A DNA stretch of 64,000 bases from Longimicrobiales bacterium (GCA_965197725.1 CBDANQ010000029.1:1-64000); one strand, 5' to 3'; counted from the stretch's first letter, positions 8,388 to 19,069 are shown. A program made the numbers and translations. Notes: generated from the letters alone by a model not told the origin.

Positions 8388-9974
8388 ATGCAAGCGGAAG
8401 GAGGCCGAAAGATGGCCCGCATAGATAGGAAGCACGCAGACACACTCATTCACCTCGGCACCGAAGCCGAGCTATGGCGCACAACCGACGGACGACCATT
8501 CGCAACGGTTGAAGTCGAAGGCGCACACCAAAACCTCGAAGTGGATTCGAACCAATTCCAGCGTTGGCTGACCCGACGCTTTTGGGAGACAGAAGGAACT
8601 GCAGCGAGTGCAGATGGGCTAAGGCAAGCGATGGAGGTCCTTGCCGGGATCTCCGTCCACGAAGGCAGCGAGCACGACGCCTTCATCCGTCTAGCCAGAT
8701 GTGGTGCCAATATCTATCAGGACCTCGGCTGCTCAGAGTGGCATGCGATTGAGATCACGCCGAAGGGGTGGCAGCCCGTTCTTCACCCCCCGGTACGCTT
8801 CCGCCGCTCGCCAGGGTTAGGTGAGCTACCCTGGCCCCAAGCCGGCGGCAGTATGGACGACCTGCGGCCCTTCGTGAACGTCAGGGATGACCAAGACTTT
8901 GTCCTGGCCGTCGCGTGGCTCTTGGGTGCTCTGAATCCAGGCGGTCCATTCCCTATCGCGCTGATTCAGGGTGAGCAGGGGTCCGCCAAGAGCACTCTGA
9001 CGCGAGTGCTAAGGTCGATCATCGACCCAGCTACTCCGGTTCACACAACGAAGCCCTAGAGCGAGCGAGACCTCGTAATCTCGGCGCACAACTCGTGGGT
9101 GCAGGCGTTCGACAACCTTTCGAGTGTCCCCGACTGGCTGTCGGATGCCTTCTGTCGCATCGCAACGGGCGGGGGGTTCAAGACCCGACGTCTCTACCGG
9201 GACACTGAGGAGATCAGCCTCCAGGTGTGCCGACCGCAGATCCTCAACGGTATCGAGGACTTGGCCACGAGGGATGACCTCAGAGATCGAGGTATCCTAT
9301 TCGAGCTGCCAGTGATCCTGGGCCAACGGCGCAAGCCGGAGCGTGAATTCTGGGCCGAATTCGATGAGGCCCGCCCCCGCATTCTCGGTGCGCTCCTGGA
9401 CGCCGCTAGTACTGCGCTTAGGGAGCAGTCGCACGTCGATGTGGAAGAGCTACCCCGCATGGCAGACTTCGCCACCTGGGTCATTGGTGCGGAGAAGGGG
9501 CTGTCGTGGCAGCCAGGCACGTTCCTAGACGCTTATGAGCAGAACCGGAGGGACGCCATTGCCCTTGTGCTGGAGCACAGTCCGTTGGCGTAGAGAATGA
9601 TCCGGTTCGCCGAGGAGAGCATGCCTTGGGACGGCACTCCCACCGAGCTGCATGGGCACATCTGGGGACGCACAATCACTCTCTGGGGTGAGCGCAGCAC
9701 TCCGGCGGCAATGTCCCAAGAACTGAAGCGAATCGCACCGGCGCTGCGTCATGTCGGCGTCGATGTGACCTGGGCCAGAGAGAACGACAGAAATCGAACG
9801 CGGAAGATCGCCGTCCGCGCTGTCCGTGCCGTCCAGAACGAGGCAGGGGGTGGACCCTTGGACCGCGAAGCGTGCGCCGTGGACTCGGTGCCGGAACAGG
9901 AGCGCGTCGCAGAATCGTGGGAAGAAGCTACCGACGAGGCCGTGGCTGACTCTCCTGTGCCCTCGGTTCGCTAG
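8388..9974 (+). pseudogene. Phage/plasmid-type P-loop ATPase (primase-associated helicase-like) with two in-frame TAG stops
   Basis: ORFs 8388-9059, 9099-9593 and 9597-9974 share one frame; Walker A GEQGSAKST, AFDNLS, SDAFCRIATGGGF.TRRLY, PRMADF; TAG at 9057-9059 and 9591-9593. Confidence 0.8.
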
Positions 9975-10027
9975 CCCGACGAGCCCAGAAATTCACGAAG
10001 ATCAGAATATCAAGTCTAGGAGTAACC

Positions 10028-10807
10028 ATGATTAACCAATCCGCTATCGAGTGGACCGACGTAACCTGGAACCCGGTCGCCCCGTGCACAAAGGTCAGCA
10101 GGGGCTGCGACAATTGTTATGCCGCGAGGCCCGCCCGCGAGAAGTTGCGGGACATGTACGTCCCCCGCCTACGGGTCATTCAAACGCCAGAACCCAACCC
10201 AGATCCCTTCGTGGTTAGGATCTGGCCCAAGCGCCTCAACCAGCCGTGGCAGCTCGGAGAGCCTCGGATGGTCCTCGTGAACCCCATGTCGGATCCCTTT
10301 CACATCGACATTCCCGAGAAGATCCAGCGAAGCATCTTCAAGGTCATGCTCCAAGAGGACCGCCATATCTACCAGATCCTCACGAAGCATCCGAGTCGCG
10401 CCGCGAAATTCATCGAGCGTAACGCAGACCTCTTCGCGAATGGCATCGCTCCCGACCATATCTGGATCGGCACCTCAGTCGAAGACATGGACGTGATCCA
10501 TAAAGTGGATCACCTGAGGGCGGTACCGACGGAGGTGCGATTCCTGTCCTGCGAGCCGCTGCTCGGTCCCCTTGAGATCAATCTCAACGGCATTCATTGG
10601 GTCATCGTCGGGGGTGAGAGCGGGGTCGGGCATCGGCCCATGGAGGAGGAGTGGGTGGCCGACATTCGAGATCAGTGCGTCTGTCAGGGCGTTCCTTTCT
10701 TCTTCAAGCAGTGGGGAGGGCTGACCCCACAGGCCGGGGGGCGCCTCCTTGAGGGACTCACATGGGACGAATATCCCGTCGGGGCGGAACGTCTGCTCGC
10801 GGCGTGA
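10028..10807 (+). CDS. Phage Gp37/Gp68 (DUF5131) family protein
   Basis: SAIEWTDVTWNP, CTKVSRGCDNCYA three-Cys motif, FLSCEPLLG, WVIVGGESG, PFFFKQWGG. Confidence 0.92.
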   Translation: MINQSAIEWTDVTWNPVAPCTKVSRGCDNCYAARPAREKLRDMYVPRLRVIQTPEPNPDPFVVRIWPKRLNQPWQLGEPRMVLVNPMSDPFHIDIPEKIQRSIFKVMLQEDRHIYQILTKHPSRAAKFIERNADLFANGIAPDHIWIGTSVEDMDVIHKVDHLRAVPTEVRFLSCEPLLGPLEINLNGIHWVIVGGESGVGHRPMEEEWVADIRDQCVCQGVPFFFKQWGGLTPQAGGRLLEGLTWDEYPVGAERLLAA

Positions 10808-10810
10808 ACA

Positions 10811-11182
10811 ATGTTCCCCGCTGATCTGCCCGAAGCGTGGCGCGAACTCGCCCTCCAGCAGCGGGACCTGGGGGCCGATCCCCAGGCCCGCACGTTGGAG
10901 TGGTGCGCGGACACGCTCGAAGGATCGCTCCAAGACGGTGAGGATGAGCTACTGAACCTCCAAGAGGCTGGGGCGATTTCAGGCTATTCCCGACGCCACC
11001 TCGGACGACTCATGAAGGCCGGTGCGATTCCCAACTCTGGCACGCCGGACAGCCCCCGGCTGCTCCGATCCGATCTACCCCGAAAGCCGGGTCATGGCAT
11101 TGCGCCGCCGCGACCCGAAGCAGCATCCTCGATAGTGCAGGTTGCGCGGGTCATCGCAACTAGCAGTCCGTGGAAGAAATAG
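10811..11182 (+). CDS. Excisionase-like HTH DNA-binding protein; C-terminus altered by IS insertion
   Basis: LLNLQEAGAISGYSRRHLGRLMKAGAIP HTH; directly upstream of the integrase once the IS is removed. Confidence 0.65.
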   Translation: MFPADLPEAWRELALQQRDLGADPQARTLEWCADTLEGSLQDGEDELLNLQEAGAISGYSRRHLGRLMKAGAIPNSGTPDSPRLLRSDLPRKPGHGIAPPRPEAASSIVQVARVIATSSPWKK

Positions 11183-12287
11183 GTTCCCAGCGGATGATGG
11201 GTGGGAGAGAAGGCAGACACGCGGCGGTTGTCGTAGGTCGGCTTCTGCGCGTCCCGGTTGTTCTTCCATTTCCGGCGCCCGCGGTTGGGCTCGCTCACAT
11301 AGCTGCGCAGCTCCCGCTCCTTCACGCCCGTCATGGTCTTGTTCGAGTGGTAGCCTTTGTCGGCCACCACTTCCTCGGGCTCTACCTGCACTACTTCCAG
11401 CTGCCGCTCTGCCTCGTCCAGCGTGTTGGGCAGCGACGCCACATCTCCCCCGTCCATCGTCTGCACCGTCACCGCCACAAGCGCACCGGTCTCCATGTCG
11501 ACCGCCTGCTCCAACTTGTGCGCCAGGCGCGTCCTGCCGTCCTTCATCTTCGTGATCCGCGCCTCCGGGTCGTGCGGATGCACCCAGTCCTTGTTCGAGC
11601 CCTTCTTCGGACGCTTCCGGTCCAGCGTCGTCAGATCCTTGCGCGTCGGCGTCTCGATCCCCGACGCCCGGGCCACCTGCTCCAGCCATTCATCGTAGCC
11701 CAACCCGTCGTCGCGCCGCACGATCGTGCGCATCGCCGCATTCGCCTCCAGCGTCGTCGAGTCGACGCCCAGCGTCTTGCCGCTCAGCAACCCCGACCCC
11801 TTCAGCAGCTCCAGCACCCGCCCGAACACCGCCGCGTGCGCTTCCACGCTCAGGCGCTTGCGCGTCTTCGACAGGGTCGAATGCTCCGGCGGGTTCTTCG
11901 CCCACCCGTATCCCAGAAACTCACGCAACGACAACGAGTCCCCACACCGCCAGGCAATGCCCCGCTCCGAGCCGATCCCTTCCAGGTAGCCCACCATCAT
12001 CATTCGGAAATACACCCCGGGAGCAATCCCCGGCCGACCCCGATTGTCCGCGTAGAACTCACGGCATGCCTCTTCCGCGAACTCGTCAAACCCGCTTTTC
12101 GCCAGAAGCTCGTTCAAGGCCCGGTAGAACGGGTTGTCCAAGGCCCGAATCTCGCTCGCCACCACGAACATCTCGCCCTGCCGAGCCTCGGGCCGCTTGC
12201 CTACCGCCATCGCCGTCCTCGCTGCAAAAACCCTCGTGTCCTCCTGATTTAACACAACAGCGATGACCGGACTTTATCCACGGTCTG
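11164..12287 (-). mobile_element. IS1182/IS5-like insertion sequence with internal deletion
   Basis: CTAG at both flanks (11160-11163, 12288-12291); terminal IRs CAGTCCGTGGAAGAA and TTTATCCACGGTCTG. Confidence 0.85.
11220..12210 (-). pseudogene. DDE transposase (DUF772 + DDE), C-terminally truncated
   Basis: GRPGIAPGVYFRM...SERGIAWR, GVDSTTLEANA, VADKGY; similarity stops after TYDNRR, so the final catalytic Glu region is missing. Confidence 0.8.
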
Positions 12288-12299
12288 CTAGAGGTGAAG

Positions 12300-13212
12300 A
12301 TGATGGCTCGACGTAACAGAAGGCGGAAGAAGTACTGGTCCTACAACACCGGTGAGCGCGGCAGGAATTGGGTTCGCTGCTACGAGGACGGCAAGAATGG
12401 CAAGCTGTACTTGGAGTGGCACGCGGGCGACCGGAGACGGCGCGTCCTTGTTCAGACCCTGGATCGAGAAGAGGCGAAGCTACGTGCAGATGAGCTGGCC
12501 ACCGAGATCGGCTCTCGTGCTGTGGTGGACCGTGCGGTGTGTATTTCGATCTCCGACCTGCTCACGCTTTACGGAAAGGAGGTGACACCGATCAAGGGTG
12601 AGTCCAAGGCCGAGCACGACCGGCGTGCCACGAGAGTGTGGCGGGCCTTCTTCGACGCGCAGGCCGAACCTGACCGTCGATCAACGCGACAGCCTGACAC
12701 ACTCGATAGAACCGACTGGGATCGTTTCTGCGCATGGAGACGCGAGGGGATGATCCCCGGTTGGACCCGAGGTGTTGGCGACCGTCAGGTGGAATACGAC
12801 CTGAAGTTCATGCTGGCGGTCCTCAACTGGGCCAGGGGGCACAAGCTCGACGGTCGTGCAGTGCTTGAAACGAACCCTTGGAAGTCAAAGGTTCGCCGCA
12901 ACCAGGGTTGGGAGATGCCAAAGGAACTGAACCCTCACCGGCCATCAATGCCGGACGATATTCACGAGGGGCTCATCGCGAAGGCACCGAACGAGGAGTT
13001 CGGGGCAATGCTGATCTTGGAGCGGGAGACCAAGCGTCGGAATAGCTCGATTCGACGGTTGCGGTGGTCTGACATCGACTTTAAGGAGGAGACGATTACC
13101 TGGCGTGCGGAGACGGACAAGACAGGCAAACGTGGTATCACACCGCTGACCGCCCCAGCCTTGGAAGTGTTGCGTGCCCGGACCCGAGGTATCGGCACAG
13201 TGCCGATCTTTG
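12300..13212 (+). pseudogene. Phage-type tyrosine integrase truncated by IS21
   Basis: ETKRRNSSIRRLRWSDIDF...AETDKTG...PLT (R and K region) present; HxxR/Y region absent because the IS21 begins at 13213. Confidence 0.8.
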
Positions 13213-13371
13213 TGTTAGCGGCCTTCCAATATTGCACACATGTGGCCATCGAAAATTGCACACTTGGCGCTTTGACCTAGCGGGCGGGAGAGTGGGGATG
13301 TAGGCACCACCCCGAGCGATCTTCCGGCCGATCCACTCACTTGGCGCCTCCACCGAGAACGTGGAGGTGCA

Positions 13372-14400
13372 ATGATCGGAAGGGAGAAGCGCGTGCTGCT
13401 CCGTCATTACCTCGAGCAGGGGATGAACAAGGCGGTGATCGCCCGGGATCTGGGGGTCAGTCGCCGTACCGTGTACCACTGGATAGAGACCGGTCAACTG
13501 GACCGGGAGTTGGACGAAGAGCGTGTCGGGTACGGTCCGAGATGTCTGATGCCGTCGAAGCTGGATCCGTACAAGCCGTTGATCGACACGCGTCTCAAGG
13601 AGTACCCGAAGCTCACGGCTGTACGGCTCTTCAAGGAGGTCCGGGCCGCTGGCTACCCGGGCAGTTACAACCAAGTGAAGCGCTATGTACGCAAGGTCCG
13701 GCCTCGACCCCCAGAGGAGCCGGTCGTGCGCTTCGAGACGGCGCCTGGGCGTCAGGGCCAGGTGGACTTCGCCCACTTCCGGCTACCGTGGGGCAAGCGT
13801 TACGCACTAATCGTCGTGCTGGGCTACTCGAGGCTGCTGTGGGTTCAGTTCTACACCCGGCAGACCATGAAGGCCCTGATGCATGGCCTGGAGTCTTCGT
13901 TTTCCTACTTCGGCGGCGTGCCCTCAGAGCTTCTGTTCGACCAAATGAAGGCGGTCGTCATCGAGGACGGTCGATACGACGATGGTGCCCTCGTCGAGAA
14001 CCCGGAGTTCATGCGCTACGCCTACCACTGGAACTTCAGGATCCGCGCGTGCCGACCCTATCGGGCTCAGACCAAGGGCAAGGTGGAGCGGCCGATCCGC
14101 TACCTCAGGGAGAGCTTCTTCTACGGGCGCACCTTCACGTCGGACGACGATCTCAACGCGCAGGCCCTTCATTGGCTTGAGACGGAAGCCAATGTGCGCA
14201 GCCACGGAACGCTGAAGGAGCGGCCCCTCGATCGCTTCGAGCGTGAACGACTGCTCCTCGAGCCCTTGGCGACTCGCCCGTATCACCCCCTCGTCCTGCC
14301 TCCGGATCGCTCCTCACCCGGCACGACGTCCTTGCCGGCCATCCACGTCGAGCGACGTCCCCTCACGGCCTATGCCCAGATCGCGGGAGGGGACCGATGA
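13372..14400 (+). CDS. istA: IS21 transposase
   Basis: HTH, RFETAPGRQGQVDF, FDQMK, RAQTKGKVER. Confidence 0.95.
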   Translation: MIGREKRVLLRHYLEQGMNKAVIARDLGVSRRTVYHWIETGQLDRELDEERVGYGPRCLMPSKLDPYKPLIDTRLKEYPKLTAVRLFKEVRAAGYPGSYNQVKRYVRKVRPRPPEEPVVRFETAPGRQGQVDFAHFRLPWGKRYALIVVLGYSRLLWVQFYTRQTMKALMHGLESSFSYFGGVPSELLFDQMKAVVIEDGRYDDGALVENPEFMRYAYHWNFRIRACRPYRAQTKGKVERPIRYLRESFFYGRTFTSDDDLNAQALHWLETEANVRSHGTLKERPLDRFERERLLLEPLATRPYHPLVLPPDRSSPGTTSLPAIHVERRPLTAYAQIAGGDR

Positions 14401-15239
14401 AGGCTGCCGCTCGCTCTCGCCGTGACCGGATCCGAGCCCAGCTCGCCGATCTCAAGATGCCCGGTGCGCTGGAGGCCATCGACGACGTCCTCACCGGGGT
14501 CGATGGCGGAGGCGTGACGGCCTCGGAGGCCATCGAGCAACTCCTCGGTGCCCAGATCACGCTGCGCAACAACCGCCGCCTTCAGGCTGCGATGCGCTCG
14601 AGCCGGCTACCGGGCATCAAGACCCTCGACGACTTCGACTTCAGCTTCCAGCCCTCGATCAAGCGCGAGCAGATCGACTCGCTCCACGAGCTCGGCTTCT
14701 TGGAGCGTAAGGAGAACGTGATCTTCCTCGGCCCTCCGGGCGTCGGCAAGACGCATCTCGCGATCAGCCTCGCCATTGCCGCGGCTCAGAGCGGGCGCAG
14801 AGTCTACTACGGCGCTCTGGCCGACCTCATCACCTCGCTCGAAGAAGCCAAGACCACCGGCCAGCTGGGACGCCGCCTCAAGATCCTCACCTATCCTTCG
14901 CTCCTGGTCATCGACGAGATCGGCTACCTGCCGGTCAGCCAGACCGGCGCAATGCTCTTCTTCCAACTCATCAACCGGCGCTATGAGCGCGCATCCACTG
15001 TGCTGACCTCCAATAAAGGCTTCGAGGAGTGGGGCCAGATCTTGGGCGACGAGGTCATGGCCGCTGCGCTCATCGATCGCCTGCTGCATCACTGCCATAT
15101 CGTCAACATCCGCGGCAGCAGCTACCGGATGCGCAAGCACACCGACCTCTCCAAGATCCTCCACTCGCCTCCTGCGGAGTCGAGCCCTTCACCCCCGAAG
15201 AGAAAGAGAGCAAGAGCAAAGGAGAAAACGACGAACTAG
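14397..15239 (+). CDS. istB: IS21 ATP-binding helper
   Basis: GPPGVGKTHLA, IDEIGYLP, LIDRLLHH, GSSYR. Confidence 0.95.
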   Translation: MKAAARSRRDRIRAQLADLKMPGALEAIDDVLTGVDGGGVTASEAIEQLLGAQITLRNNRRLQAAMRSSRLPGIKTLDDFDFSFQPSIKREQIDSLHELGFLERKENVIFLGPPGVGKTHLAISLAIAAAQSGRRVYYGALADLITSLEEAKTTGQLGRRLKILTYPSLLVIDEIGYLPVSQTGAMLFFQLINRRYERASTVLTSNKGFEEWGQILGDEVMAAALIDRLLHHCHIVNIRGSSYRMRKHTDLSKILHSPPAESSPSPPKRKRARAKEKTTN

Positions 15240-15383
15240 AGGCTCGTCACCTCCGCCAAGTGTGCAATTTTCGATGGCCAGACCTGTGCAGCTTTCGATG
15301 GCCGTTGACATCAGCCTGTTGCTCCCGTGACACGATGCCTAGCTTCGGGCCCGCATCAACACTCGACGCCCCGGGGCAATCGT

Positions 15384-18300
15384 ATGAGCCACGCTTCGCT
15401 TGGATCGGGAGCGCAGCGGTCCGATGGCGAGCGATTTGCGGGGCCGCTGCCGCTCGTTGGACGAACGCGAGAACTTGCCGCGCTCGAGGCGCTCATCGAA
15501 GGCCCCGATCGCGCGGCGTCGCTCGTGCTGGTTTCGGGCGAGGGAGGGGTCGGCAAGTCCCGGCTCGTCGCCGAGCTCGCGGGACGCGCCGAGACTCGCG
15601 GTTGGGACGTGGCGCGCGGTAGGGCATACCCGGTTGAGAGGGGCGTTCCGTACGCCCTCTTCGCCGACGCCTTTATGCCGCTTTTGGGCGCCATGGACCC
15701 CGACACGCTCACGGTGCTCAGCAGGGGCGGGGAGGCCGAATTGAGCTACCTATTCCCGGCTCTGGCCGCCGGCCGGGACGAGGGCGCCGACGCAGCCGGG
15801 GGTGACCCGGAGGAGTTCCGCACGCGTCTGATGTGGAACTTCGCGGAGTTCTTGAAGAACTACTCGTCGCGCTCCCCGTTGCTTGTCGTGCTCGAGGATC
15901 TGCAATGGGCCGATGAGTCTTCGCTGCACCTCCTGCACTTCCTCGCCCGGCAGGCAGGCGAACAGGAGCTCGTCCTGATCGGTACGTACAACGATTCGGA
16001 TAGGGATCGCAGCCCTCAGCTCGTGAAAACCGAGCGCTCTTTGCTCTCGCTCGGCGCGGCCGAGCCGCTCCACCTCACTCCGCTGAACCGCGAGCAAGTC
16101 ACTGAGCTCGTCTGCCGCGCGTTCGCTGTCGATGCGGAATGGGTGGGCGAGTTTTCCGCCATGCTCTTCGGATGGACCCAGGGGAACGCATTCTTCCTCG
16201 AGGAGATCATCAAAGCGTTGGTGGCCAACGGCCGCATCAGCAGCAAACAGGGCGTGTGGATCGGCTGGGATGCCGAGGATTTCCGCCTCCCCAGAACGAT
16301 ACGAGACGCCGTGCTCGGGCGTATCGAGACGTTCTCCGACGACGCTCGAACGGTCGCTGATCTCGCGGCCGTGATCGGTACTCGGGCGAGCTACCCGCTC
16401 CTCACGGCGATCAGCGGTCTACCCGAGGCCGCCCTGCTGTCCGCCCTGGAGGAGCTGTGTGCTCATCTGGTTCTCAACGAGGGGGCGGAGGCCGGCGCGG
16501 TCGTCTACGACTTCGCGCACCCCCTGGTCCAGCAGACGCTGTACGGTGAGTTCGGGCTCCAGCGTGCGCGGGTCCTGCACGGGGCTGTAGCCGAAGCGAT
16601 GGAGGCCTTCTACGGCTCCTCATCGATGGATCACGCGGACGAGTTGGCCTTCCACTTCGCCCGGACCGACGGGGGGCACCTCCGCGGCAAGGCAGCGCAC
16701 TATCTCGCGGCGGCAGGCAGGCAGGCGTTGGAGCGGCGCGCGGACCGGGAGGCGGTGAACTACCTGCGGTCAGCTCTCGAACGGACCGACTCAGGGGACA
16801 CCGATGGTCCGACACGGGCCGACCTGGTGCCTCATCTCGCGCGGGCGCATCAGCACCTGGGAGAGTTCGAGGCCTCTGTCGAGCTCTGGACGAGTACCCT
16901 CGCCGAAGTAGCGCAGGATCATCCCGAGCACCCCGCGGTCCGGCGAGCACTCGGCATGGCGCACCTCTTGTGCGGTCGGCACAACGACGCCCAGGAGCAT
17001 CTCGGTATCGGGCTGGAGCGCGCGAGCGCGCTGGGCGACCAGGCTGAGCTGGTGCGCCTGACGATCACGAAAGGGCACCTTCTGAATGAACTCGGGATGG
17101 GGACGGAGGCGATCGAAACAGTGTCGCTCGCGCTGCCGATCGCTGAGGAGCTCGGAAGCCCTCACCTGCTCGCGCGTGTGCACCGGGCGTTGGCGCTGCA
17201 CCACGTATGGATCGGGCCGCCTCACAGGACCCGCGAACACGCCACGAGGGCGATCGAGTTGGCTCGGGAAGTCGGAGACCTATCGATCGAGTTCTGGGCG
17301 CGCTGGGCTTTGGCCGTCTTGAGCGGCATGTCGGGCGCGACCGACGAGATGGCCGCGGCGATCGACGAACTGAACGACCTCGCGGCCCGCTGGCACTCAC
17401 CGGTCCTTCGGCTGTGGAGCGCCGACATGGCGATCGAGTTGGCATGGGGACGCGGGGATTGGGACGCAGGCACCGCCTTGGGCGAACAAGCAATCACGCT
17501 CGCGCGAAACCTCAACCAGCGGACGTTGCTCCCCAGACTGCTCGTGTGGACTTCGCTCTTCTACGTCGGCAGGGGACAACTCGAGCAGGCGCAGGCGCTC
17601 GTCGACGAGGCCACGGAGATTTCCGGGCTCGGGAACCAAGCGGGCCCGATCGACGTTCACCAGGTCGTGCCCGCGTACATCGGCCTGGCGCACTACCTGC
17701 TCGGCCTCGGCGAGTACAAGCAGGCGATCGAAGCGGCAGAAAACGGTCTGCGCATTGCCGAGGGAACGGAATACGTCCTGTGGGCAATCCATCGACTGCT
17801 GCCGGTCCTGGGCGAGGCGTGCCTGTGGGCAGGGGAGATCGACCGGGCCGAGGCAGTCAGCGTTCGCATGCGTGAGCACGCGCGACGGCTCGACCACAAG
17901 CTCGGCTTTTGCTGGGCCGACGCGATCGACGCGCTGGTGTGCTGGAAGCGGGGAGATCCCGAGTCGGCGATCGACCTCATGCGTCAGGCAGCGGAGGCTC
18001 TCGAGGAGATCCCCATGATCCCGGACGCCGCACGAATCCGGCGACAGCTCGCGGGCCGTCTGGCCGAGATCGACCGCCCTGACGATTCGGCCGAGGAACT
18101 CAAGCGCGTCTACGACATCTTCCTGAAGCTTGGAGCCGAGCTGGAGTTGGAGAAGGCGAGGATCCAGTTCCGAGAGATCGGGCATCGGCCACCCCCCAGG
18201 GGGGTCGGTGAGGGAGTCGCAGGACTCACCGCTCGTGAGCTGGAAGTCGCTCGGCTAGTCGCCCAGCGCCTGTCGAACAAGGCGATCGGAAGAAAGCTCG

Positions 18301-18416
18301 GTATGGCGACTCGCACGGCCTCCACCCACCTCTCGAACATCTTCCAGAAGCTCGAGGTCGGGTCGCGCGGCGAACTGGCCGACGTGATTCGCGAGAAGGG
18401 GCTGCTCGAGGAGTAG
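15384..18416 (+). CDS. LuxR/MalT-like regulator (AAA ATPase + TPR + LuxR HTH)
   Basis: LVGR..EL, GEGGVGKSRL, VLEDLQWAD, GNAFF, F.HPL; C-terminal LTARELEVARLVAQ.LSN..I. Confidence 0.9.
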   Translation: MSHASLGSGAQRSDGERFAGPLPLVGRTRELAALEALIEGPDRAASLVLVSGEGGVGKSRLVAELAGRAETRGWDVARGRAYPVERGVPYALFADAFMPLLGAMDPDTLTVLSRGGEAELSYLFPALAAGRDEGADAAGGDPEEFRTRLMWNFAEFLKNYSSRSPLLVVLEDLQWADESSLHLLHFLARQAGEQELVLIGTYNDSDRDRSPQLVKTERSLLSLGAAEPLHLTPLNREQVTELVCRAFAVDAEWVGEFSAMLFGWTQGNAFFLEEIIKALVANGRISSKQGVWIGWDAEDFRLPRTIRDAVLGRIETFSDDARTVADLAAVIGTRASYPLLTAISGLPEAALLSALEELCAHLVLNEGAEAGAVVYDFAHPLVQQTLYGEFGLQRARVLHGAVAEAMEAFYGSSSMDHADELAFHFARTDGGHLRGKAAHYLAAAGRQALERRADREAVNYLRSALERTDSGDTDGPTRADLVPHLARAHQHLGEFEASVELWTSTLAEVAQDHPEHPAVRRALGMAHLLCGRHNDAQEHLGIGLERASALGDQAELVRLTITKGHLLNELGMGTEAIETVSLALPIAEELGSPHLLARVHRALALHHVWIGPPHRTREHATRAIELAREVGDLSIEFWARWALAVLSGMSGATDEMAAAIDELNDLAARWHSPVLRLWSADMAIELAWGRGDWDAGTALGEQAITLARNLNQRTLLPRLLVWTSLFYVGRGQLEQAQALVDEATEISGLGNQAGPIDVHQVVPAYIGLAHYLLGLGEYKQAIEAAENGLRIAEGTEYVLWAIHRLLPVLGEACLWAGEIDRAEAVSVRMREHARRLDHKLGFCWADAIDALVCWKRGDPESAIDLMRQAAEALEEIPMIPDAARIRRQLAGRLAEIDRPDDSAEELKRVYDIFLKLGAELELEKARIQFREIGHRPPPRGVGEGVAGLTARELEVARLVAQRLSNKAIGRKLGMATRTASTHLSNIFQKLEVGSRGELADVIREKGLLEE

Positions 18417-18424
18417 CGCTCTAG

Positions 18425-19069
18425 CTACTCGCGAACGAGCTCACCGTCCGCGAGGTGCCACCACTCCTCGGCGAGCACTTCTGCGTCCGTTTCGTCGTGA
18501 CTAACGAGCACGAGCGGGACACCGAGCCGCGCGGACCATTGGCCCACAACGCGAGCGAGCTCAGCGCGCAGGGGTCGGTCGAGAGCCGAGAACGGCTCGT
18601 CCAGCAACAAGAGCTTCGGTTCGGCGAGCAGCGCCCGTCCAAGCGCCACGCGTTGCCGCTCCCCACCCGAGAGTCGCCGGGGTCGCCGCTCAAGCAGCGC
18701 CGTGATCCGCAAGAGGTGGGCGGCCTCCTCGACGGCGGCGACGGAAGCGCCCCCGTAGCCCAGATTGTCCCGCACAGTCAGGTGAGGGAAGAGCAAGACT
18801 TCCTGGGGAACCCACCCGACTCGCCGCCGCCATGGCGGCACGAGGGTTCCGGCGTCGTCGTCCTGCCATCGCTGGTCACCGAACGTCACGACCCCGCGCG
18901 CGCGTCGCTCCACGCCAGCGAGCACGCGCAAAATCGTGCTTTTGCCCGCCCCGGAGGGACCCACAATCGCGATCGCGCCGCTCTCGCTGTCGAGCTTCGC
19001 TCGCATCGTCTTCGACGCCAGGGGAATCTCGAAATCCAGGCCGAGCCTGTGCTGAGCGTCAGTAGCCAT
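18425..19069 (-). CDS. modC: Molybdate ABC transporter ATPase
   Basis: GPSGAGKST, LFPHLTV, LSGGERQR, LLLDEPFSALD; overlaps the end of modB. Confidence 0.85.
   Translation of the reverse strand: MATDAQHRLGLDFEIPLASKTMRAKLDSESGAIAIVGPSGAGKSTILRVLAGVERRARGVVTFGDQRWQDDDAGTLVPPWRRRVGWVPQEVLLFPHLTVRDNLGYGGASVAAVEEAAHLLRITALLERRPRRLSGGERQRVALGRALLAEPKLLLLDEPFSALDRPLRAELARVVGQWSARLGVPLVLVSHDETDAEVLAEEWWHLADGELVRE

Larger units (their letters stand above)
13213..15310 (+). mobile_element. IS21-family insertion sequence
   Basis: Ends TGTTAGCGGCC...GGCCGTTGACA; multiple internal repeats of the GGCCATCGAAAATTGCACA type at both ends; istA-istB. Confidence 0.95.

Noticed and set aside
13221..13266. Repeats of GGCCATCGAAAATTGCACA type, mirrored at about 15256-15303
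   Set aside because: Ordinary IS21 terminal transposase-binding repeats, not CRISPR.
15384..18416. STAND ATPase-TPR protein as an Avs-like defence sensor
   Set aside because: C-terminal LuxR HTH, no effector domain and host-like composition point to a MalT/LuxR-type regulator.
18411..18430. GAGTAGC/GCTACTC hairpin between convergent stops
   Set aside because: Only 7 bp, formed largely by the two stop-codon contexts, no U-tract.
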